The notes beneath the pieces were generated by a model that was given only the letters and a program-made list of their open reading frames with translations, made no database searches and was not told the DNA's origin. Below are positions 28,623 to 42,800 of a stretch of 64,000 nt of DNA, one piece after another. The DNA is taken from assembly GCA_002104945.1 (NCBI GenBank), contig MCFH01000048.1, forward strand, positions 62,001-126,000, written 5' to 3'. Source of the stretch: Piromyces finnis finn. Taxonomy: Eukaryota; Fungi; Neocallimastigomycota. Within the stretch, counting starts at the first letter, position 1; every line of letters starts with the position of its first letter. The position numbers were made by a program, and so were the translations under genes.

Positions 28623-29174
28623 TGATACGTATTATTTAAGAATACCATAAATTTAATTATTTATTTTATTTCCAGGAATTGAACAAAAGGGAATTATACA
28701 AAATAATATATTCTAATAAAAGAATGAAAAAGGATTATTTGTATATTTATTTATATTATAACTAATAATTATATTTTAGTGATATTAATTATTTTGTTTT
28801 ATTATATTTTATTACTTTTAATAGTTTATACACCAAGTACTTGAATAAAAAAAAAAAAAAGAAATAAACATAAAAAAAAAATCTTATTTATAACTTTCTC
28901 TTTTATTTTATTAATAAAAATAATTTTAAATACATATATATTTAATATAACAATATTTAAGTTAAAATAACTATAAAAAATTCTCAATAATTAATTATAT
29001 TATATAAAAGAACTCTCCCTTTTAAATAAAAGTTATTCTTTGTTACTTTTATATGAAATTTTTATGATATTTTATTGGTTAGTTAATAACTGATTAAGCT
29101 ATTAAATAATTGCTAACCCTTAATTCAACTATATAAGTTTAATATTTTTAACTATATAATTTTATCATGCATCA
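28623..29174. mobile_element. solo LTR-like module AA
   Basis: TGATACG...TGCATCA, AAAA spacers on both sides; single copy in window. Confidence 0.62.
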
Positions 29175-29178
29175 AAAA

Positions 29179-30442
29179 TGATAAACAATAATTATAAATA
29201 TATTATAAATTTGATATTAGTAGAATACTTTATTATAAAAATAATTATTAAATAATTTTATATAGTTTATTATAAAAATATAATTTACATAAAATCAAAT
29301 ATTTTATAAATTTATATATTTGATTGGGTTAAATTATAAAAATAATTTTTAATATAAAGAATAATAATAATTTTTAATAGAAAATAAGAAGACTTAGATT
29401 ATTAATAATAAGTTAAATTTTAATAATAGTTGATATAATTAATTAGTTAATACATAATAATATTTAAAAGACAAAAATAAGTTTTTATATAATAAAAATT
29501 ATTGTTAAAGAGAGTGTAAAAACAATAAATAAAAGAAAATATAAAAACGAAATTAAACTCGTCTGATTAGTGATTATTGTGTTAATAATAAATAATATTT
29601 CTATAGAGTAAATCTGGTGTTATTATTCTATATAAATATTATTAAAATAATAAAATTATTAAAATTATAAAACAAATTAAATATATTAAATAAAACTAGT
29701 AGATATTGTTAAAGCTCGTACAATAACTGTCGAGATAAAACAATATAAGATAACATGATGCGGGTTTCACTTCAGTTAGGTCGGAATATACATATTTACC
29801 CTAAGTTTATTAATTTAATAAATAAATGAATGAATAAATATTTTAAATAAATAACATTTTATTAATTAACTTTATTTATTAATAAATTATTATTTAAAGA
29901 AAAATTTTTATTTATTAAATATTATTTAAATATTATTATAATTAGAGTAAATATTAAAAGTAATGAACTCTCGAAATTCCTAATGATAGGAATTTTCTCG
30001 AGTATTTATACTATCTCTAATATTAAGGAATACATTTTAAATTTAATACATGACTAATTATTTATATTAATTAACTATTCTATAAATTAATTATATATTA
30101 ATTATATATGACTTTTCACTCGTGTTAAATTTAATAATTATAAAAGTCATATTATCAATCATTTGTAGAAGGAATGATTATTTTATAATTTAGTTTTAAT
30201 TTCCTTCTTAATCAAATGAACAAAGAGATATTAATTCAAACTTTAATAAATATAAGATCTTAATAATTATAATTAATTAATATCTCTTAAAATATTATTT
30301 AATTATGTTTTATAATAAACTATTTCTAATTAATTAAACGAATAAAACACTAATTAAATAAATAATCATGAATCCACTAATATTCGTGACATAACAGAAG
30401 AAGTAGTTGAAAAGTCGTAATATAACTACCAATCCGTTATCA
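29179..30442. mobile_element. module E (inverted relative to 5978) interrupted by U
   Basis: Reverse complement of 5978-6574 around U. Confidence 0.78.
29756..30391. mobile_element. solo LTR-like module U
   Basis: TGATGCGGG...TATTCGTGACA (end shared with S), 5-bp TSD TAACA. Confidence 0.8.
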
Positions 30443-30446
30443 AAAA

Positions 30447-30856
30447 TGATACGAAGAAAATATTATCTTAATTCTATAAATGAATATAGAAAGTGATAAT
30501 ATTTTATCTAAAATTTAATAAATAAAAATAAATAAGAAAATAAAAATAAAATAAATGATTTTTATACTTGTTCATTTGCAAGTCTTTGTTAGTTTAAAAT
30601 ATAAAATTATTTTATTTAATTATAAAGTTTTAATATTTAATAACTCTTGTATTATTAACTATATATATGTTATTGTTTAATACATCTTGAATGTATGTAA
30701 ATATAATCACAACTATTATTTTAATAAAATTTAATATTATTATCTAATTTTATTGGATTATTAGGAACAATTTTAAAATAAAGTAATTCTATCACTATTT
30801 ATACAAAATTATTATTTTAAAGTATAATTATAAACAAATATAAACTATTTAATTTA

Positions 30857-30887
<31 letters not shown>

Positions 30888-31015
30888 TTTACATTTATAA
30901 TTTTTAATTTAATAATTTTATACAAGTTAATTATTTTAATTTTTAACTATCTGTGTTTTAATATTATTATTATTATTATTATAAATTCATAATTTATAAA
31001 TTTAATTATTTATCA
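30447..31015 (-). mobile_element. solo LTR family B
   Basis: Reverse copy; AAAA and AAAG spacers. Confidence 0.88.
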
Positions 31016-31019
31016 AAAG

Positions 31020-31512
31020 TGACACACGTTCAAATATACCTTAATTCTAAATAAGCTTAGAAAGTGGTATATTTGTGTGTAATTGAATGAATTATTTTTA
31101 CCTGCTCATTCTACAAGTTTATATAATTATTAAATATAATTTAAAGTTTTAAAAACACATCTTGTTTTATAATATTAGTTTATTTATTTAAAATAGATGT
31201 ATAATACATCTCGCTATGTATTATAAAAAAAATATATTAATTTATTATAATTTTAAAATATTCTAATTTTCCTGGCTAATTAGTAACAATCTTTAAAAAT
31301 AATATTTTTTATTTCTATTTATAATAAATAAATACATTTAAGTTTGTTTATAAACAAAAGTTGTTTCTATTTTACATTTTTAAAATTTAATTAAACATTT
31401 ATATTTTATATTATTTTGATTATTTACTATTATTTTAATTTATATTAAGTTTATATAATTTTAAAATCAGCTATTCTATTAATTCATTATTTATAAATTT
31501 CATTCTTTATCA
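31020..31512 (-). mobile_element. solo LTR family C
   Basis: Reverse copy TGACACACG...CTTTATCA. Confidence 0.88.
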
Positions 31513-31516
31513 AAAA

Positions 31517-33350
31517 TGATATAATTTGATAATAATCTTAATTTTGAATTTTACTTCAAAAAGTGATTATTATATTATATCTTTGAGTATAACTATATAA
31601 GTTATATGGATTAGAAATTAAAATCGTTTTTGTAAAAATTAATAAAGTTGTTTTATTAAAAACACTAAATTGTTTTATTAGAAATACTCGATTTTCTAAT
31701 ATTTAAATATTTAAAATTTTATTTATTTAAGTATAAAAGTGACTATTAAAATTACAAAAATATTAACTAAACTATATAATATTTCTTTAATAATAATAAT
31801 AATAATGATTAAAATAAGAATATTTACATGTATTTATATTTTCTTTTAAATTTAAACTATTTACATTAAAACAATAAAATTAATAACTATTTACAATAAA
31901 AGTAATAAAAGTAATTAGAAATAACAATAAAAGAAATAATTAAAAGTTAAAGAATATAAAAATGTTTATTTTACAATTAATTAAAGTAATAATTATTTTT
32001 AATGTTTTAATAAAAGTGTTTAATTATATTATTTTATAACATGAATTATTATATTTGTTTACTTTTAAAGTGTAATTTACTAACGAAGTTATTAAACATT
32101 TAATTTAACAATTAATTTAACAAGAGTTATAACAAGAGTTATATATTTTGATCTCGATTAATTAAAGTTTATTATTTTCTTTTAATAATCAAAATATATT
32201 CAGTGTTTAGGATTAATTTTATTTAAGAATTTTGGTAAAGTACTTAATTAAACTATAACTTATTTTAAGTTACTTCTAGGGTTAACTTAAAATGTAAAAG
32301 TTTTATTAAACTTATAATTTAATATTAAATTATTAAATTAAATAAAAGATTAAAGATAACTAGGTTAGAAAAAATGTTTTATTAAAATAATCTTAATTGT
32401 TCTATAAATGAATAATTAAATTATGTATTATGGTTAAAATAATTTCTTTTATTTTATTTAAAGAATATATATAATAATAAGATTATTTAATAGTAATACT
32501 TGTTAAGTATTAATAAGGTAATAATCTTTACAAAGATTTAATTCATAAAAATTATTCTAAACTATTTATACTATTTGTAATTTTACATTTAATAATAAAA
32601 TAACTTTTTAGTACATGATTATATTCATATATTCATAATATATTTTATAATACTATAGCTAAACTTAAGACTTATTACTAATTATTAAAAATAACTATTG
32701 TTTATATATTTATAATATTAATTATTTCTTAATTATAATATAATTCATTGAATATAATATTAATAATTATAATCTTTTAATTCAAAGATTATAAGTTATG
32801 TTATTGAAATAATTATTATAAAATAAAGTTAATTAATTCCGGAAAATAATTTTAATTTAACTAAAACAATAATTTATATCTTTTGGATGATCATTCTCTG
32901 AATAAACAATTAATCATTACTAACAAAATATCTTTAAATTGGAATATCTCGTGAACCAGCAGAGATATTGACCTGATTTTAAGATATGTTATTCATCTCG
33001 AGTGTGGCTTTCTAACAAACCCACAATCTCCCAACCATAATTTCCCAAAAATCGCCATTCGTTAAGGAGATACGCGTATTTTTCCTTATTTAATTTTAAC
33101 GATAAGGGTTAAAGTTATTTGTTATAAAAATATTAAGGGTTAAGGTCATATCTTAACCTTTTCTAAATTTTTTAAATATTTCTTAATATAATTTTATAAT
33201 TTATTTGAAAATAAAATATTATTGATTTTGAAATTTTATAAGTAATTTCACAATTTCAAGATCACTTGAAATTGCAGATTCCACTAGTATTCGTGACATA
33301 AAAATCAGGTTTAATAATAATTTTATATTTATTAATTTCATTATTTATTA
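31517..33350 (-). mobile_element. solo LTR family A interrupted by S
   Basis: Reverse A on both sides of S. Confidence 0.85.
32293..33298. mobile_element. solo LTR-like module S
   Basis: TGTAAAAG...TTCGTGACA, 5-bp TSD TAAAA; second copy at 52508-53541. Confidence 0.87.
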
Positions 33351-33353
33351 AAA

Positions 33354-33961
33354 TGGTACAACCTGTTTGTTTTGTTTGTACCTTTATATGGATCAATACA
33401 ACTAGAATGAATAAAACAATTATTATATTATAATGAAATAACACAACAATAAAAATGGTTTTTATATTTTTATGTATTATTGTTTATATTCTTTTTATTT
33501 ATCTTTGATCAATAATGTACTATTAATTATTTAGACTCTTATAATAAAAATAAATAAGTATAATTCACTAGATTATAATCTGAATATCACTATTAATTCC
33601 TACTTAAATCTAATAATAATATTATTTATCTATCTAGTATTATCACTTATGCCTATTTTCTTATTATTATTTCTTATTATCTTTTTATATCGTTCCCCCC
33701 TTTTAATATTTATTAATTCTCTTTTATTAAATACTCTTTGTTGTAATTAAGGTTTTTAGTCTTTTTAATTAATTTTATTTATAATTTTTATTTTAGTTAT
33801 TGCTATAAGCGTTATTAATTAAATCAATAATTGTTAGCTTATAAATTTATATATTAAATTTTTATTAAACCTAAAATACTTAAAGTAGAATTATTATTAG
33901 TAAATTTAAAGGTTAAATTGGAATTCCTATGCTCTTACATTTTTCTGAATCAGTCGTACCA
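33354..33961. mobile_element. solo LTR-like module R
   Basis: Terminal inverted repeat TGGTAC...GTACCA; AAA and AAAA spacers. Confidence 0.65.
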
Positions 33962-33965
33962 AAAA

Positions 33966-34623
<658 letters not shown>

Positions 34624-34627
34624 AAAA

Positions 34628-35332
34628 TGTTACGGTTCGAGGAATTTACTTTTATTTATATAATATTAATAAATTATTAAGACTCAAAAATAATATTAAA
34701 ATGAAATAAGAAAAATTGTTTTGTTAATAAAATTGTTTTATTAAGATATTAATATAAAATTATAAAATAAAATAAAAATAAAAATAAAAATATCTGTATA
34801 TTCTCTAATTCTTATAATATACACCTTTTTATACTTTTTGTAAAAAATTAAGTAGTGTTAATTAAAAGAATTAGTCTTTAATTATTTACATTAATTTTAG
34901 TATTTAAATTACTTTTAAATGAATAATAAAATTACATTACTATTATAATAAATATTTATACATATTATTAAATTGATTAACATACATTAAAAGTTTACTT
35001 TAAATATATTTAACTAAAGAATTTTACTATTTTACAGAAATATTATTCATAATTTTAATTAATAAAAATTCATTAACTTGATAAATTAAACTAAAAGTTC
35101 AATAAACTATAATTTTCAATATATTATTATTACTAAATTAATTTTTAAGTTTAATAAAATAAAATTTAAGTTCGATAAAAATAATTATTAATAATTTTAA
35201 ATATAATTTAAATGTATACATTAATTTACAAATAAGAATATTGTAAAGTTTTCATACATTTAGGAACAATAATGGATTAAGTCATAATCATTAATTATGA
35301 CAAGAATAACATTATTTGTTGGTTCCTTAACA
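34628..35332. mobile_element. solo LTR-like module J
   Basis: TGTTACGG...CCTTAACA. Confidence 0.8.
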
Positions 35333-35337
35333 AAAAA

Positions 35338-36148
35338 TGATATAATTTGATAATAATCTTAATTTTGAATTTTACTTCAAAAAGTGATTATTATATTATA
35401 TCTTTTGTTATAACTATATAAGTTATATTGATTAAGATTTAAGATCGTTTTATAAAAATTAATAAAATTGTTTTGTTAAAACACTAAATTGTTTTATTAG
35501 AAACACTTGTTTTTCTAATATTTAAATATTTAAAATTTTTATTTATTTAAGTATAAAAGTGATTATTAAAATTATAAAATATTAATCTAACTATATAATA
35601 TTTCTTTATTAATAATAATAATAATGATTAAAATAAGAATATTTACATGTATATATATTTTCTTTTAAATTTAAACTATTTACATTAAAACAATAAAATT
35701 AATAACTATTTACAATAAAAATAATAAAAGTAATTAGAAATAACAATAAAAGAAATAATTAAAAGTTAAAGAATATAAAAAGTTGTTTATTTTACAATTA
35801 ATTAAAGTAATAATTATTTTTAATGTTTTAATAAAAGTGTTTAATTATATTATTTTATAACATGAATTATTATATTTGTTTACTTTTAAAGTGTAATTTA
35901 TTAACGAAGTTATTAAACATTTAATTTAACAATTAATTTAACAAGAGTTATATATTTTGATCTCGATTAATTAAAGTTTATTATTTTCTTTTAATAATCA
36001 AAATATATTCAGTGTTTAGGATTAATTTTATTTAAGAATTTTGGTAAAGTACTTAATTAAACTATAACTTATTTTAAGTTACTTTTAGAGTTAACTTAAA
36101 AATCAGGTTTAATAATAATTTTATATTTATTAATTTCATTATTTATCA
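35338..36148 (-). mobile_element. solo LTR family A
   Basis: Reverse copy of 4179-4990. Confidence 0.9.
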
Positions 36149-36152
36149 AAAG

Positions 36153-36564
36153 TGATACGAAGAAAAATATTATCTTAATTCTATAAAGGAATATAGAAAG
36201 TGATAATATTTGTATCTAAAATTTAATAAATAAAAATAAATAAGAAAATAAAAATAGAATAAATGATTTTTATACTTGTTCATTTGCAAGTCTTTGTTAG
36301 TTTAAAATATAAAATTATTTTATTTAATTATAAAGTTTTAATATTTAATAACTCTTGTATTATTAAATATATATATGTTATGGTTTAATACATCTTGAAT
36401 GTATGTAAATATAATCACAACTATTATTTTAATAAAATTTAATATTATTATCTAATTTTACTGGATTATTAGGAACAATTTTAAAATAAAATGATTCTAT
36501 CACTATTTATACAAAATTATTATTTTAAAGTATAATTATAAACAAATATAAGCTATTTAATTTA

Positions 36565-36595
<31 letters not shown>

Positions 36596-36723
36596 TTTAC
36601 ATTTATAATTTTTAATTTAATAATTTTATACAAGTTAATTATTTTAATTTTTAACTATCTGTGTTTTAATATTATTATTATTATTATTATAAATTCATAA
36701 TTTATAAATTTAATTATTTATCA
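36153..36723 (-). mobile_element. solo LTR family B
   Basis: Reverse copy, AAAG TSD on both sides. Confidence 0.9.
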
Positions 36724-36727
36724 AAAG

Positions 36728-37880
36728 TGACACACGTTCAAATATACCTTAATTCTAAATAAGCTTAGAAAGTGGTATATTTGTGTGTAATTGAATGATT
36801 TATTTTTACTTGCTCATTCTACAAGTTTATATAATTATTAAATATAATTTAAAGTTTTAAAAACACATCTTGTTTTATAATATTAGTTTATTTATTTAAA
36901 ATAAATGTATAATACATCTCGCTATGTATTATAAAAAAAAATATATTAATTTATTATAATTTTAAAATATTCTAATTTTCCTGGCTAATTAGTAACAATC
37001 TTTAAAAATAATATTTTCTATTTCTATTTCTATTTATAATAAATAATTACATTTAAGTTTGTTTATAAACAAAAGTTGTTTATATTTTACATTTTTAAAA
37101 TTTAATTAAACATTTATATTTCATATTATTTTGATTATTTACTATTATTTTAATTTATATTAAGTTTATATAATCTTAAAATCAGCTATTCTATTAATTC
37201 ATTATTTATAAATTTCATTCTTTATCAATTTCTCGGCCGTTAAGAAGAAACTTCGACCCTTGAAGTTAGTAAAGAAAGAAAATAATAGATAAAGAATTAA
37301 ATTTTATAAATAATTAAAGATCTTAATTTATTACTTCTTCTTAAGATTTTCTTCTTTCTTTATATGCGTATTTAATTTGTATTGTCCTCTATTAATTTAT
37401 TTTTAATATATAATTTTCGGGATAGTTTTTCATAGTAGCTGCAGTATCTTTTTGAGTAATTTTATTTTTCATTTATATCCACATTAATTAAAGCTTACTT
37501 AATGTTTATTATTATTTAAAGTTTGTTTTCTGATACTTTTATTCCATTATCCACATTTAACATTTATCCACATTCTATTTAACCTTTTATCCACTATAAG
37601 TAAAAGAATTCTTGATTTTATTTTATTAATTACTAAGGTTCCTTTTTATTTTCTTATATTGATACATCCACAACTTTTTAATTTAAGACTTGGAGATTTA
37701 TTATTATTTGTTTCAATTTTATTTTCCGAAAGGTAATTTATTATATAATTGGTAGCTAATACCTGAGTTTTTATTATTGGACTGAGCATTTTATAATATA
37801 ATATTCTACATATAGGCTTGTTATATATTATATTATTATTTTATAATATATATAAATAAATTATAATATATTATAAAGTT

Positions 37881-37918
<38 letters not shown>

Positions 37919-39006
37919 GTATTATTATTGTTATTATTATAATATTTCATATATTGAAATAGTGAAATATTATTTAATGAAAGTATTGTATAATATTGTA
38001 TAATATATTTATAATTTATAATTTTTTTTTATATTTATAAATATATTTAAATTTTAAATAAATGGTATTTATAATATTTTTTTTTTGAAATACTGATAAT
38101 ACTTTAATAAAAAGTTTTAATATATATTTTATATGATATTCAATTAATATTTTTATTTTTATAATGTTTAATCTATTTTCTAATTATTTTAATTATAATA
38201 TTTTTTTGTATACTTGATATTTTAAATATTATTTTTTTTACTATTTTTATTACTATAATATTTATTTTGTATACTATTAATAATTTATTATAATTTTTTT
38301 TATTATTTTGTAGATTTTATTATAATTTATAAAAATATTTTATTCTCATATTATTTTATATATTATTTAACTATACTATATATTACGTATTTACTATAAT
38401 ATTATTTATTGATATAAAAAAAATGAAATTTTGAAGAAATTGAAAGTTTTTATACTTCCCTCCTTCCTTAGAATTAAGCTACAAGGTAGCCGGGTTTGGG
38501 ATTCTCCACCATTGACACACGTTCAAATATACCTTAATTCTAAATAAGCTTAGAAAGTGGTATATTTGTGTGTAATTGAATGATTTATTTTTACTTGCTC
38601 ATTCTACAAGTTTATATAATTATTAAATATAATTTAAAGTTTTAAAAACACATCTTGTTTTATAATATTAGTTTATTTATTTAAAATAAATGTATAATAC
38701 ATCTCGCTATGTATTATAAAAAAAAATATATTAATTTATTATAATTTTAAAATATTCTAATTTTCCTGGCTAATTAGTAACAATCTTTAAAAATAATATT
38801 TTCTATTTCTATTTATAATAAATAATTACATTTAAGTTTGTTTATAAACAAAAGTTGTTTATATTTTACATTTTTAAAATTTAATTAAACATTTATATTT
38901 TATATTATTTTGATTATTTACTATTATTTTAATTTATATTAAGTTTATATAATCTTAAAATCAGCTATTCTATTAATTCATTATTTATAAATTTCATTCT
39001 TTATCA
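36728..39006 (-). mobile_element. non-autonomous LTR retrotransposon C (2.28 kb, non-coding)
   Basis: LTRs 38513-39006 and 36728-37227 (about 99% alike by eye), PBS TGGTGGAGAATCC ending at 38499, PPT-like aacggccgagaaat, AAAG TSD, no ORF in the 1.28-kb interior. Confidence 0.88.
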
Positions 39007-39817
39007 AAAGTGATATAATTTGATAATAATCTTAATTTTGAATTTTACTTCAAAAAGTGATTATTATATTATATCTTTTGTTATAACTATATAAGTTATA
39101 TTGATTAAGATTTAAAATCGTTTTTATAAAAATTAATAAAATTGTTTTGTTAAAACACTAAATTGTTTTATTAGAAACACTTGTTTTTCTAATATTTAAA
39201 TATTTAAAATTTTATTTATTTAAGTATAAAAGTGATTATTAAAATTATAAAATATTAATCTAACTATATAATATTTCTTTATTAATAATAATAATGATTA
39301 AAATAAGAATATTTACATGTATTTATATTTTCTTTTGAATTTAAACTATTTACATTAAAACAATAAAATTAATAACTATTTACAATAAAAGTAATTAGAA
39401 ATAACAATAAAAGAAATAATTAAAAGTTAAAGAATATAAAAAGTTGTTTATTTTACAATTAATTAAAGTAATAATTATTTTTAATGTTTTAATAAAGGTG
39501 TTTAATTATTTTATAACATGAATTATTATATTTGTTTACTTTTAAAGTGTAATTTACTAACGAAGTTATTAATTATTTAATTTAACAATTAATTTAACAA
39601 AAGTTATATATTTTGATCTCGATTAATTAAAGTTTATTATTTTCTTTCAATAATCAAAACATATGCAGTGTTTAGGATTAATTTTATTTAAGAATTTTGG
39701 TAAAGTACTTAATTAAACTATAACTTGTTTTAAGTTACTTTTAGGGTTAACTTAAAAATCAGGTATAATAATAATTTTATATTTATTAATTTCATTATTT
39801 ATCAGTTTCTCGGCCTT

Positions 39818-42800
39818 TTAAGAATTAACTTCGTCCCTTGAAGTTAAATTTTGTTCTGGTAGAACGTAAGGAAAAATATTTTTAATATGTACATTTCTAT
39901 CAAGTAGTTTTCCTGTATGTGGATCTTCAAGTACAACAGTATTAAATTTTTGTTTATTAACAACTTTATAAGGACCATAAAAATAAGGATTTAATTTACT
40001 TCTTCCTATTAATCTTATCATAACATAATCACCCGGTTTATAAGTCTTCTTTAAAGCTTTGGATAAACCTATTCTATGTTCCCAATATTGATTAGCATGA
40101 TTAGAATATTCAGTAGCTTGTTTTACCCAATTTTGATGCCTTAAAAATCTTCTAAAAATATATTCTTCTTCTGTTTCATTAGGATCTTTATAAATATCGG
40201 GAAACATTATTTCTAATGGCCATGTGTCTCTTCTACCATATAATAATTCGAAACTACTAAACTTTGTTTTTGAATTTTTGGTAGTTCTAAGTGACCATAA
40301 TGCAGATGGTAGATATTCATCCCATTCAGATTCATTTTCAATTAAGAGTCTTAAAGTTTTTCCTATTTCTTTGTTTCTATTCTCAATCATACCATTAGAT
40401 TGTGGATGATGAGGAGAAACAAAATGAACCCATGATCCATATAAATCAATCATCATTTTAGTAATATCAGAAATAAATGAACTTCCATTATTAGTAACAA
40501 TTATTTCTGGTGGACCATGTCTTGTTATTACTTCTATTAAAAATTTTATTACTTCTTCTGATTTCATATTTGGAATTGCTTTAGCTTCAACCCATTTAGT
40601 GAAATAATCAACAAGGGTAATAATATAAGAATTTCCATGTTTAGTAAGTGGTAATGGGCCAACTATATCTAATCCGACTCTAGTAAATGGTTGTTCAATT
40701 GGGGTTATATTATCTTCAGTATTTTTAGGTAAAGGCTTAGGTCTACAAAGTTGACATTTTCTACAGGACTTTACCCACATTCTAACATCATTCCAAATAC
40801 CAGGCCAATAATAAGATTTTAAAATTCTATTTGTGGTCTTTTCAGCACCTTCATGACCAACAGAATGAGCACGACTAATAATATCTTTTTTATCTTCATC
40901 TTTGTAAATAACTTTAAGATATAATTCATCTTTTTTATAATAAAGAGTATTATCAACAACTTGATAATTTTTAGTAAAATATTTTTTTATTCCTTCAGGT
41001 AGGTCTAAATCTCTTGGATTAAAATCAGACAAAATTGCATAAGCACAATTTACTATTTCATCAGAATTTTTAGAAGGTAATCTTGAAAGGGCATCAGCAA
41101 AAACATTTTTCTTTCCTTTATCATATTTTAATTCAATTTTATATTTATTAAATTCTTCAATCCATCTTGCATGTCTACCTTTTGATGGAATATTCTTTTT
41201 ATAAAATCCCAGTAATGGTTTATGATCAGTAATTAATATGGTAGGATTTTTATTACTTATAATATATTGACGAAATTGTAGAATTGCATAATAAATAGCT
41301 AATCCTTCAAGGTCAGTAACAGAATAATTCTTTTCTGAAGTAGATAAAGTACGACTAATACAACAAATTGGATGTTCCAATTTGTCCCCCTCCACCTGTA
41401 AGAGTACAGCACCAATGCCATTAGTTGATGCATCAGTACGAATAATAAATTCTTTATTAAAATCAGGATAACTTAAAATAGGATCACTTAATAGACATTG
41501 TCGGATATCTTCAAAAGCATTATTACATTCTTGTGACCAAATATATTCTTGGTCTTTCTTTAATAAATTAAAAAGAGAGCTTGCTCTAATAGAAAAATTT
41601 TGAATAAATTTGCGGTAGTAACTAGCTAAACCTAGGAATGATCTTAGTTCATTAACATTTCTTGGAGCATTCCATAAAGCAATACTTTGAACTTTAGAAG
41701 GAACAGTTTTTAATCCGTTAGGTGTAAGTACATGTCCTAGTACTTCTACCTTTTCTTGAAAGAATTTACATTTTTGTAAATTAAGAGAAAGATTATATTT
41801 AGATAATATTTCAAAAACTTGTTGCAAATGATAAAGATGTTCTTCTGGTGATTTAGAATAAACAACAATATCATCAATGTAAACAAAAAGACATTTACCA
41901 ATTAATGGTAAGAGAATCCTATTCATTTCTCGCTGGAAAGTAGCGGGAGCATTAGTTAAACCAAATGGCATTACTTTAAAATTATAATTACCAAATTTCG
42001 TTGTAAAAGCAGTTTTTTCAATATCATTTGGGTTCATAGGAATTTGGTGGTAGCCAGAGTATAGATCTAAAGCAGAAAATATTTTTGCACCATTAACAGA
42101 TGATATTAATTCATCAATAAAAGGAAGTGCATAAGAATCCTTAATAGTAATTTCATTAAGTCTTCTATAATCAATACACATTCTCCATTTACCATTTTTC
42201 TTTTGTACAAGTAAAACTGGAAATGACCATGGAGAGTGAGAAGGAGTAATTAAACCTTTATCAAGTAATGAAAGAATTTCACTTTTTAAAATATCAGCAT
42301 GTTCCTTAGATAATTTATAAGGTTTTAATTTTATTGGTTTATTAGTAGTAGTAATTATAGAATGAGGTTCTAAATCCGCAGTAGTTAATTGAGACATTGA
42401 TGTAGCCATACAATTTTTATATTTATTTATAATGTGTTCAAATTTTGATTTAATATTATCAGGTGTTGAATTTAAGATTTCTTTTAACGTATCTTGAAAT
42501 TCTTGGTTTTCTTCTTTTGAAATAATTATAGAATTCATTAAGGGAATATCATTAGCATCATTATCATTACTATTGATAATGTTTGTAATTTTCTTTAAAC
42601 CTTTTTTAGTTTTCTGGTATATATAATCATCATCAGGGTCAATAAATAAACGGTATTTCTTTTGAATACCTCTTCCAAAAATTATATCAAAGTATGGATT
42701 ACTTTGTTCAATAATATAAAATTTTTCTAAAATAGTACAACAATTATTAATATTTATTTTTAAAGTAGTAAAAACATTTGTAGGAACAGTAGTACCATTA

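Noticed and set aside
38499-38511. B/C elements primed by the adjacent tRNA-Trp
   Set aside because: Only 9 nt are complementary before a mismatch; the 13-nt shared PBS fits a tRNA-Ala-type end better, but this needs the genome's tRNA set to confirm
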